Shown: positions 34,608 to 42,034 of the stretch, piece by piece
How the letters are laid out: every line of letters starts with the position of its first letter
Numbering within the stretch: position 1 is the stretch's first letter
Assembly (NCBI GenBank): GCA_964624125.1
Contig: CAZVAA010000001.1
Span: 1-52,278 of the forward strand
DNA length: 52,278 nt
Reading direction: 5' to 3'
From: an uncultured Sphaerobacteraceae bacterium
Lineage (GTDB): Bacteria; Chloroflexota; Chloroflexia; Thermomicrobiales; UBA6265
Program-made: the position numbers and the translations under genes
The notes under the pieces: model-generated
Database searches by the model: none
What the model saw: only the letters and a program-made list of their open reading frames with translations
What the model was told of the DNA's origin: nothing

Positions 34608-37343
34608 ATGAACCGCTTGAACCGACGACGATTTATGGCGCTTTCCTCCGCGGGTGTCGCCAGCGCTGTGCTGGTTGCCTGCGGGAATGAACCCGTCAGC
34701 GATGAGGACCTGAGCCCGACCCAGATCCCCGACGTCGCGGGGGCACCACCAACGCTTGCTCCGATCACCAGCACTCCCGAATCTGGTGGCGGTGAGCAGG
34801 GTTCCGGGGACGAGCAGTCCGGTGGCGGTGGTGGTTCCGGCACGGTCGAGATCGAGGCCTTCGACATCGGCTACACCCCGGGTGAGCTTGAGTTGGCGCC
34901 TGGCGACACGCTGGTGATGAACAACACCGGCGTCTTGCAGCACGACCTTGTGATCGAGGACTTCGGCGACGAGGAAGTCATCCCGCTGATCAATGGCGGC
35001 GAGAGCGCCGAGTGGACCGTTCCCGATGACGTCGAAATCGGTTCGTCTGTGACCTTCTATTGCTCGGTCGCGGGTCACCGTGAAGCCGGCATGGAAGGAA
35101 CCATCACCTTCGTCGAGGCCGGTGCCGCCGGAGCCAGCGAAGAGGAAGGCGAGGAAGAAGAGGCAGCCGCCGGTGGAGGTGGCAGCACAGAGATCGAAGC
35201 GTTCGACATCGGGTACGAGCCGAACGAGCTTGAACTCGCCCCCGGCGATACGCTGACCATGACCAATACCGGCGTGCTCGAGCATGACCTGATCATCGAG
35301 GACATGGACGATCTCGAAGCCATTCCGTTGATCCCGGGTGGAGAGTCCGGGGAGTGGACGGTCCCGGATGATGTCGAGGTCGGCTCGAGCGTCACCTTCT
35401 ACTGCTCGGTCGCGGGCCACCGTGAAGCCGGCATGGAAGGCACGATCACCTTCGTCGAAGGTGGCGGCGGTGGTGCGGCGGAAGAGGAAGCCTCTCCAGA
35501 AGAGGAGGCCGAGGGCGACGAGGCCGCCGCAGCCGGCGCGACCGACGAGGAGTCGGGCGGCGGTGGAGGCGGTGAGATGGCCGTCGAACTCGAGGGCTTC
35601 GAGATGGGCTTTGAACCGTCCGAGTTCACGATCGCCCCGGGCGGCACGATCACCATGACCAACACCGGTGTCCTGGAACACGACTTCGCGGTCGATGACT
35701 GGGGCGGGGTCCTGATCGGCCCGATGGCTGGCGGTGAGTCCGGCGAGTACACCGTGCCGGAGGATGCGGCCCACGGCGAGACCTTTGAGTTCTATTGCAG
35801 CATCCCGGGTCACAAGGAGTCGGGCATGGTTGGCACGCTCACCGTCGGCGAGGCCGGCGGTGGGGGGGGTGGCGCCGCGGCGGATGAAGGCGACGCGGAA
35901 GCCACTCCTGAAGAAGAGGACGAGGCTGCCGCGGGTGGCGCTTCCGAGGGAGGCGAAGCCGGAGAGACCGCGATCGAGCTTGAGGCCTTTGAGATGGCAT
36001 TCGAGCCCGCCGAGTTCACCATTGCTCCGGGTGGCACGATCACCATGACCAACACCGGTGTGCTGGAGCATGACTTCGCCATCGATGATTGGGGTGGCGT
36101 ACTGATCGGCCCGATCAACGCCGGCGAGACAGCCGAGTATACGGTGCCGGAGGACGCGGCCCCAGGCGAGAGCTTCGAGTTCTATTGCAGTATCCCGGGC
36201 CATAAGGAATCCGGCATGGTCGGAACCCTGACTGTTGGGGGCGGCGGCGACTCAGCCGCCGCCAGCACCGGACAGGAAGGCGAGGAAGAAGCCGCGACGC
36301 CCGATGAAGAGGCGGGCGCGGCTTCTTCGTCTGGTGGGGAAAGTGTCGCCGAGGTCTCCATCTCCGCATTCGAGTTCGGTTACGACCCCGCAGAGGTGGA
36401 GGTGTCCCCGGGCACGAAAGTCGTCATGGTGAACGACGGTGTGCTTGAGCACGACATCTACGTCGACGCCTGGGGTGAGATTGCCCCGCTGGTTGGCGGT
36501 GGCAGTGAGGCGGAGGGCGTGATCCCGGACGATGCGCAGGCCGGCGAGAGCTTCGAGTTCTACTGCACCGTCGCTGGCCACCGGGAGTCCGGCATGGTCG
36601 GCACATTCGTCGTCGTTGGCGGTGAAGGTGGCGGCGATGCCACTGCCGAAGCTGATGGCGGGGAAGCCTCAGAGGAAGAGATCTCGGGGAACAAGATCGA
36701 GATCGCGGCGAACGAGTGGACTTATAGCCCCTCCGAGGTCGAGGTCGCGCCCGGCGATACCATTGTGCTCCGCAACGACGGAGCGATGGCCCACGATATG
36801 TCGTCGGAGGAGTGGGGCGAGCCGTTCATTCCGGATGTTGCCCACGGCGAAACCGGCTCCTTCGTGGTGCCGGAAGACGCGGAGATCGGCTCCACCATCG
36901 AGATCTACAGCGTTAACCAGGGAGCCCGGAACCTGGGCATGACCGGCACGATCACCATCGTTGAGGAGAGCGAGGCGGTCACCGCGCCCTCCGCGCCGGC
37001 GGCCACGCCGCAGGTCTCGCCGGAAGAAGCCGCGACTCCGGGTGCCGCAACGCCAGAAGCCTCCGGTGGCGGCTCCACCATCGAGGTCGAGGCGGGCGAT
37101 ATCTATTTCGAGCCGGCCGAGTTCGAGGCGTCACCTGGCGACACCATCGTTTTGCACAACGTCGGGGTACTCGAGCACGACATGGCCTCCGAAGCGTTGG
37201 GTGTCACGATGATCGAGATGCTCTCCCCGGGCGAAATGGGCGAATTCGTCATCCCGGACGACGCATCGGGCGAGATCGACATTTACTGCACCGTGGCTGG
37301 CCACAAGGAAGCCGGTATGGTCGGAACGATCACCATCGTCTAG
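34608..37343 (+). CDS. Tat-exported lipoprotein of seven tandem plastocyanin/auracyanin-like cupredoxin domains
   Basis: MNRLNRRRFMALSSAGVASAVLVACG has a twin-Arg motif plus a lipobox Cys. Seven ~92-aa modules are separated by Gly/Glu-rich linkers. Six carry H (VLEHD) ... C-x4-H-x4-M (FYCSxxGH[RK]ExGM), the type-1 Cu ligand pattern. Confidence 0.85.
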   Translation: MNRLNRRRFMALSSAGVASAVLVACGNEPVSDEDLSPTQIPDVAGAPPTLAPITSTPESGGGEQGSGDEQSGGGGGSGTVEIEAFDIGYTPGELELAPGDTLVMNNTGVLQHDLVIEDFGDEEVIPLINGGESAEWTVPDDVEIGSSVTFYCSVAGHREAGMEGTITFVEAGAAGASEEEGEEEEAAAGGGGSTEIEAFDIGYEPNELELAPGDTLTMTNTGVLEHDLIIEDMDDLEAIPLIPGGESGEWTVPDDVEVGSSVTFYCSVAGHREAGMEGTITFVEGGGGGAAEEEASPEEEAEGDEAAAAGATDEESGGGGGGEMAVELEGFEMGFEPSEFTIAPGGTITMTNTGVLEHDFAVDDWGGVLIGPMAGGESGEYTVPEDAAHGETFEFYCSIPGHKESGMVGTLTVGEAGGGGGGAAADEGDAEATPEEEDEAAAGGASEGGEAGETAIELEAFEMAFEPAEFTIAPGGTITMTNTGVLEHDFAIDDWGGVLIGPINAGETAEYTVPEDAAPGESFEFYCSIPGHKESGMVGTLTVGGGGDSAAASTGQEGEEEAATPDEEAGAASSSGGESVAEVSISAFEFGYDPAEVEVSPGTKVVMVNDGVLEHDIYVDAWGEIAPLVGGGSEAEGVIPDDAQAGESFEFYCTVAGHRESGMVGTFVVVGGEGGGDATAEADGGEASEEEISGNKIEIAANEWTYSPSEVEVAPGDTIVLRNDGAMAHDMSSEEWGEPFIPDVAHGETGSFVVPEDAEIGSTIEIYSVNQGARNLGMTGTITIVEESEAVTAPSAPAATPQVSPEEAATPGAATPEASGGGSTIEVEAGDIYFEPAEFEASPGDTIVLHNVGVLEHDMASEALGVTMIEMLSPGEMGEFVIPDDASGEIDIYCTVAGHKEAGMVGTITIV
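34842..37340 (+). repeat. Seven tandem intragenic coding repeats (cupredoxin modules)
   Basis: Modules at 34842-35117, 35184-35459, 35574-35849, 35964-36239, 36345-36617, 36690-36965 and 37074-37340. Modules 1/2 and 3/4 form the closest pairs at both DNA and protein level. Confidence 0.8.
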
Positions 37344-37360
37344 CCCGTTTCAGGCGGATT

Positions 37361-37401
37361 CAGGGGTCGGTGGAATCACTCCACCGGCCCCTGTTCTCGT
37401 T
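37361..37401 (+). terminator. Intrinsic terminator after the cupredoxin gene
   Basis: CAGGGGTCGGTGGA atcac TCCACCGGCCCCTG, a 14-bp stem with one G-U pair, followed by TTCTCGTT. Confidence 0.7.
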
Positions 37402-37473
37402 AACCATCTGGCGAAGCGTTTGGAGGAAGGGGTGCGTTTCGCGACGTGGTGCCTACGTCGTGCGCGCTTCGGC

Positions 37474-37502
37474 TTGACCGCTACCGGTTATACGGGTATT
37501 TA
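37474..37502 (+). promoter_or_regulatory. Sigma70-like promoter with an adjacent hairpin
   Basis: TTGACC (37474-37479), a 17-nt spacer, then TATTTA (37497-37502). Immediately followed by the hairpin GTGCTGTCG...CGACAGCAC (37504-37533), about 360 nt upstream of GTG 37861. Confidence 0.45.
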
Positions 37503-37860
37503 AGTGCTGTCGAGTGGACATTCGCGACAGCACCGAGATGATTCCGCGCCATAGCCTGGACACGGCAGGGCAACCAGCCCGACGGGCGGTGAATGAGGTC
37601 AATCAGAAGGCTGCTTTGGGGAGCAGGCCAGGGAAGCATCGGGCAGATGCTGCCTTGCGTTGCCTGGTCACTCTCCAGTGCGGCCTCTTCATGTGTAATC
37701 GGGCATCGTGATGCGACAGGGCCAACCGGCGCGGCAGGGGTATTCGGGACGCCGCGAACCACACTCGCGGTTTCAGTGCGGAAACAGATTCAGGGACATG
37801 ACGACCGATACGAGAGGCGTCACGGTGCCTGTTTGGGGTTATATCGAGGGGTAGGGCAGG

Positions 37861-38625
37861 GTGAGCAAGCAGTTGGTCGAGTTCCTCAAATCGGGAAGGA
37901 CCTGGATTTACGGTGTCATCGTGCCGTCCATCGTAGGACTCATCATCGCCGTCACCACAGACGGCATGGGGTTCCAGATGTTCCTGGTATGGACACTCTT
38001 CTTCCTCCTCCTGGTCGCCGTCTACGAAGGATTCCTGAGGCAGCGGAGTATCCAGGACTCCGAGACCTACTTCGCTGGTTCCGCGAATGGACTCTACAAG
38101 CTCCTGCCGCATAGCCTGGCGGATATGATCCGGAACGCTGGCCCGGACGGCGTTGCGATCATGGGCGGGGCGCTTGGTGGGTTCGCGATCAACCGGGAAA
38201 ACACGGAGGCGCTGGGGAGTCTCTCCCGCCAGGGCGTGCCCGTCCAGATCCTGATGCTCGATCCCGAAGGACCGGGAGTGGAGCGGCTGGCCGACCAGCG
38301 ACGCCAGGTTGGGTCGAGCGTCACCGGGCCGGAACTCAGGGCCGAGATCCGGACGAGTCTCAAGCACCTGAGGGACCAGCTGGGGCCGTCCAATATGTAC
38401 CAGAGCTGCCGGCTCTACTCGCATACGCCGAGGAATGCCATCTACCGTATCGGCGACTCCTACGTGGTGACGGTCTACCGCTTCGGTGGCGGCGGTTCTT
38501 CGCCGTCCCTGTTCCTGAAGCGAAACGAGGCCAACGACGCGTTCTGCAACGGCCTGGACCGGAGCTTCCGGGACACGTGGAACAGCGAGACCAGCAGGCC
38601 GTTCCGCGACGAGGATATCCTCTAG
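37861..38625 (+). CDS. Membrane-anchored protein with a C-terminal domain resembling DUF5919 (degenerate PLD-like fold)
   Basis: GTG start and two N-terminal TM helices. The pattern VQILMLDPEGPGVERLADQRR...CRLYSHTPRNAIYRIGDSYVVTVYRFGGGGSSPSLFLKR recalls the DUF5919 module that normally follows XRE HTH domains. This is my recollection, not a search result. Confidence 0.55.
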   Translation: MSKQLVEFLKSGRTWIYGVIVPSIVGLIIAVTTDGMGFQMFLVWTLFFLLLVAVYEGFLRQRSIQDSETYFAGSANGLYKLLPHSLADMIRNAGPDGVAIMGGALGGFAINRENTEALGSLSRQGVPVQILMLDPEGPGVERLADQRRQVGSSVTGPELRAEIRTSLKHLRDQLGPSNMYQSCRLYSHTPRNAIYRIGDSYVVTVYRFGGGGSSPSLFLKRNEANDAFCNGLDRSFRDTWNSETSRPFRDEDIL

Positions 38626-39335
38626 GGATTCGTCGCCGTCACGAACAGCATCGTTCCGATGGCCGGCACCGGAAGCCGCGATTCTGCGGCTTCCATCCGC
38701 ACGCGCAAGGGATGCAGTTTGCGCTCCGCCTCCCGGTCGCCCAGCACGAAGTTGCAGGAGAGAAAGCCGGCGAGTTGCGGGATCTCGCTGAGGCCGACTC
38801 CGGATCTTTCCATTGCGACCAGGCGCAGCCCGGTGACATCGAGCATCTGGCGCACGGCCTTCTCCGAGTAGTGCCGGTTCCAGCCGGTCGGAAGCGAGTC
38901 GTCCGGCGCATCGCCCCGTTTCGTCACATCGGTCACGTACCGATAGATGTTTCGTGCATCGAGCCATGCCAAAGGCCCACTCGCCGGTAGCATGAATCGC
39001 AGCGTTCCACCAGGCGCAAGGACGCGTCCCAGCTCGCGGAGCCAAGCCTCCTCATCGATGGCCCGTGAGAGCGCAGTGCCGGCGTCGACGCGCGTAAAGG
39101 CGGCATCGGGCACGTCCAGCGCCGGCGTCGGTTCATCGGTCCGGTAGACCGCGATCTCCTCGTCACCGGCGAGGAAACCCACGTCCGGGCAACGGAGACG
39201 AGTCCGGTCGTCCAGCGATGCACTCAGGCGCAGGTCGAGCCTGAGGGTCGATTCGAGGTTGGATGAAGGGGCAGCAGTCACGCGGGTCCTTTCGCGCCGG
39301 GGTGCATGGCCGGGCTGTGTCGTCGGCGGCCTCAT
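38622..39335 (-). CDS. Class I SAM-methyltransferase-like protein with a degenerate or missing motif I
   Basis: WLRELGRVLAPGGTLRFMLP is the Methyltransf_11-type motif. Where VLDLGCGTG is expected the sequence reads TLRLDLRLSAS. The start is uncertain (ATG 39335 or GTG 39281). Confidence 0.55.
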   Translation of the reverse strand: MRPPTTQPGHAPRRERTRVTAAPSSNLESTLRLDLRLSASLDDRTRLRCPDVGFLAGDEEIAVYRTDEPTPALDVPDAAFTRVDAGTALSRAIDEEAWLRELGRVLAPGGTLRFMLPASGPLAWLDARNIYRYVTDVTKRGDAPDDSLPTGWNRHYSEKAVRQMLDVTGLRLVAMERSGVGLSEIPQLAGFLSCNFVLGDREAERKLHPLRVRMEAAESRLPVPAIGTMLFVTATNP

Positions 39336-39375
39336 TGCGTATCCTCTCTATACAGTGACCAGCACGTCCGGCGCA

Positions 39376-40107
39376 ATGGAAAGGTCTGACCTGGACATGG
39401 AACTCATCTCCCTGCACCCGTTCGACCAGGAAGTCGCCAACCGGTACATCGCCGCTCTCACCGGCGATGCCCCGCCCGATCCGGCGTGGCAGGCGTGGTG
39501 GAAGCCCTCGCTGATCGACGACCTCGCCAGGATCGCCGAAGGCCGGGAAGACGCGTCCAACCGCATCACCCTCGGGCTCGCCTGGGCGCTCGCGGGAGAG
39601 CATCCCACATTCGTGCGGCAGGGTTTCGGGTTGACGACGTGGGAGGCGCGCATCGATCGCGGCGTCGGGATGCTGATGCGTCCGCCGGCACGCATTTTTG
39701 TGGATGCCGGTGTGCCGCGCCCCGCGATGCAATCGATACCGATTCGCCTTGAGGTGCAGGCCGGGATGATGGGCGGCGCCTATGTTCCGCCGCGCCTCAT
39801 CAACGACCTGGGCGAGTTGCTCGACAGCAAGCTCGAGCGCATGGCGAAGCGAATGAACGACGCTGACTACGATCCCTTCGCCATGATCGCCCTGCTTCAC
39901 CAGGCCGTGTCCTACGCGCGGGAGCGCGGGCTCGGGCTGTATGAGGCGCAGGATGCCGTCGGCGGCCCTGTCCCCGGCATGCATGTGGTCGAGGCGCCCG
40001 AAAAGAAGCGGATGGACACCGATCTGCGCAAGCGAATCGAGACGGCCATCGCCGAGGAAAAGAAGGGGAGCCTCTTCTCCCGCTTCTTTGGCAAGAAACC
40101 CAAGTAA
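39376..40107 (+). CDS. Hypothetical protein (243 aa) with a Lys-rich C-terminus
   Basis: Track ORF 39259-40107, trimmed to MERSDLDMELISLHPFDQ.... Composition is protein-like and I recognise no family. Confidence 0.5.
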   Translation: MERSDLDMELISLHPFDQEVANRYIAALTGDAPPDPAWQAWWKPSLIDDLARIAEGREDASNRITLGLAWALAGEHPTFVRQGFGLTTWEARIDRGVGMLMRPPARIFVDAGVPRPAMQSIPIRLEVQAGMMGGAYVPPRLINDLGELLDSKLERMAKRMNDADYDPFAMIALLHQAVSYARERGLGLYEAQDAVGGPVPGMHVVEAPEKKRMDTDLRKRIETAIAEEKKGSLFSRFFGKKPK

Positions 40108-40188
40108 CGCCTCGCGCACCGCTGGTGAGCCGGATCCGTTCGTCGAATCCGGGAGCGCATTCACCTTCCGCGGAACCCCGTACTTACG

Positions 40189-40218
40189 TTGACAGTACCC
40201 ATGTGAAGTTGTTAGTAT
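40189..40218 (+). promoter_or_regulatory. Sigma70-like promoter of the hrcA-grpE-dnaK operon
   Basis: TTGACA (40189-40194), an 18-nt spacer, then TAGTAT (40213-40218). CIRCE starts 9 nt downstream. Confidence 0.55.
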
Positions 40219-40226
40219 CCTTGGTG

Positions 40227-40253
40227 TTAGCACTCATCAATCGAGAGTGCTAA
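40227..40253 (+). promoter_or_regulatory. CIRCE operator (HrcA binding site)
   Basis: TTAGCACTC-atcaatcga-GAGTGCTAA is a perfect match to the CIRCE consensus TTAGCACTC-N9-GAGTGCTAA. It lies 21 nt upstream of the hrcA GTG. Confidence 0.9.
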
Positions 40254-40273
40254 ATGATAGGAGTTGAGATTAG

Positions 40274-41326
40274 GTGGATAGGCGAACGCCCGAAAGGGAC
40301 GATCTGGCACTTACAGAACGGCAGCGTGTCATTCTGAAAATGCTGGTGAAGGAATACGTTGCCTCGGGACGCCCGGTAGGATCCAAGATCCTCGCCGAGC
40401 AGTACCCGACGCGCGTGTCGTCCGCGACGATCCGCAACGAGATGGTCGAGCTCGAGGAGCTTGGCGTTGTCCAGCAGCCGCATACCTCCGGCGGGCGCAT
40501 CCCGACGGATAAAGGCTACCGGTATTACGTTCATCACCTGATGGGAACGCCCGAGCTCTCCTCGGGGGATCAGATCATGATCCGTCACCAGTTCCGGCAG
40601 GTGGAGGCCCAGCTCGACTCCTGGGTGGATTTCGCTGCATCCGTGCTGGCGGAAACCGCCGGCAATGTCTCGATCGTGACCGCTCCGCGGTCGATGGTGG
40701 CGCGTCTGCGCCATTTCGAGATGATCTCCCTGCAGCCGCGGATCGCATTGATGATCCTCGTCACGCAGGAGAGCGCGGTGCGGCAGATGATGTTGCACCT
40801 GCCAGAAGATACCGATCAGGCACTGCTCAGCCAGCTCGCCGACGCCATGGTCCCCATGCTGCGGGGTATGGGCGCGGACGAGGTCGAGATGCATGCCGCC
40901 GGCTCAACTGGCCTTGCGTCCTATGTGCTGGAGCAGATCGCTACCGGGCTCAGGGGCATGGGGTCGGTCGAGCACACGCAGATGCGGCATTCAGGGCTCG
41001 AGAACATCCTCGGACAACCGGAGTTCGCCGGGGCCGAGGGGTACAACGTGCTCGAATTGCTACGGGGCAGTTCACTGCTCGGCGCGTTGCTGCCGCAAAT
41101 GACGGTTGGCAACGAGGTCCAGGTCTTTATCGGGGATGAGAATCCCGCCGACGCCTTGCGGCGCTTTGGCGTCGTGATGGCGACATACGGCATCGATGGC
41201 GAGGTGACGGGCATTCTCGGAGTGCTCGGCCCCACACGCATGTCGTACTGGCGGTCCATCTCATCGGTGCGCTATATGGCACGGCTCATGAGCGACCTGA
41301 TGGAAGACCTGTATTCATCAGATTAA
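40274..41326 (+). CDS. hrcA: Heat-inducible transcription repressor HrcA
   Basis: LTERQRVILKMLVKEYVASGRPVGSKILAEQY...SSATIRNEMVELEELGVVQQPHTSGGRIPTDKGYRYYV. GTG start with TAGGAG upstream. Confidence 0.95.
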   Translation: MDRRTPERDDLALTERQRVILKMLVKEYVASGRPVGSKILAEQYPTRVSSATIRNEMVELEELGVVQQPHTSGGRIPTDKGYRYYVHHLMGTPELSSGDQIMIRHQFRQVEAQLDSWVDFAASVLAETAGNVSIVTAPRSMVARLRHFEMISLQPRIALMILVTQESAVRQMMLHLPEDTDQALLSQLADAMVPMLRGMGADEVEMHAAGSTGLASYVLEQIATGLRGMGSVEHTQMRHSGLENILGQPEFAGAEGYNVLELLRGSSLLGALLPQMTVGNEVQVFIGDENPADALRRFGVVMATYGIDGEVTGILGVLGPTRMSYWRSISSVRYMARLMSDLMEDLYSSD

Positions 41327-41342
41327 CGAGAACACGAACCGG

Positions 41343-41972
41343 ATGATTGATACTGCGTCGGGTCTCATGGCCAGGCGACAGGGAGGCAGCGGAGTGTCGA
41401 AACCAGAAAACAACATTCATGAAGAAGATGTCGTCGAAGAGATGACAGACGAGGAAGAGGCCCAGGAGACCGGGGAACAGGACGCGGAAAACGAGCTGGA
41501 GCGGGTTATCGCCGAGCGCGATGAGTTTTTCGACCAGCTGCAGCGGAGCCGCGCCGAGTTCATCAACTTCCGCAAGCGCAGTGAGCAGGAGAAGACGCGC
41601 CTTGGCGAACTCTTCACCTCGAACACGCTCGCGCAATTCCTGCCGGTTCTCGATGATTTCGAGCGCGCCATCGCCGCGGTTCCGGAAAAGGACAAGGATT
41701 CCGGCTGGGTCGCGGGCATCACCATGATCCACAAGAAACTGCTGGGCATCCTCGAGCGCGCCAATGTCGAGACGATCGACCAGGTGAATGTGCCGTTCGA
41801 TCCGGCCGTGCATGAAGCCGTTGCCGCGGAGCCGGGGACAAATGGTGATGCCGTCGTCGAGATTTACCAGAAGGGTTACAAGCTCGGCGGCACGTTGCTG
41901 CGCGCCGCGATGGTGAAGACCGGAGACGCTGCCGAAGATATCAACGAGAAAACTGACGGATTCGACGCCTGA
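41343..41972 (+). CDS. grpE: Nucleotide exchange factor GrpE
   Basis: Acidic N-terminus, then ELERVIAERDEFFDQLQRSRAEFINFRKRSEQEK and FDPAVHEAV...GYKLGGTLLRAAMV. Confidence 0.9.
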   Translation: MIDTASGLMARRQGGSGVSKPENNIHEEDVVEEMTDEEEAQETGEQDAENELERVIAERDEFFDQLQRSRAEFINFRKRSEQEKTRLGELFTSNTLAQFLPVLDDFERAIAAVPEKDKDSGWVAGITMIHKKLLGILERANVETIDQVNVPFDPAVHEAVAAEPGTNGDAVVEIYQKGYKLGGTLLRAAMVKTGDAAEDINEKTDGFDA

Positions 41973-42034
41973 CGCGTCGCGACAAACCAGTACATGCCGC
42001 GTACGCTCGCGGATGATCAAGGAGACAACGAATT

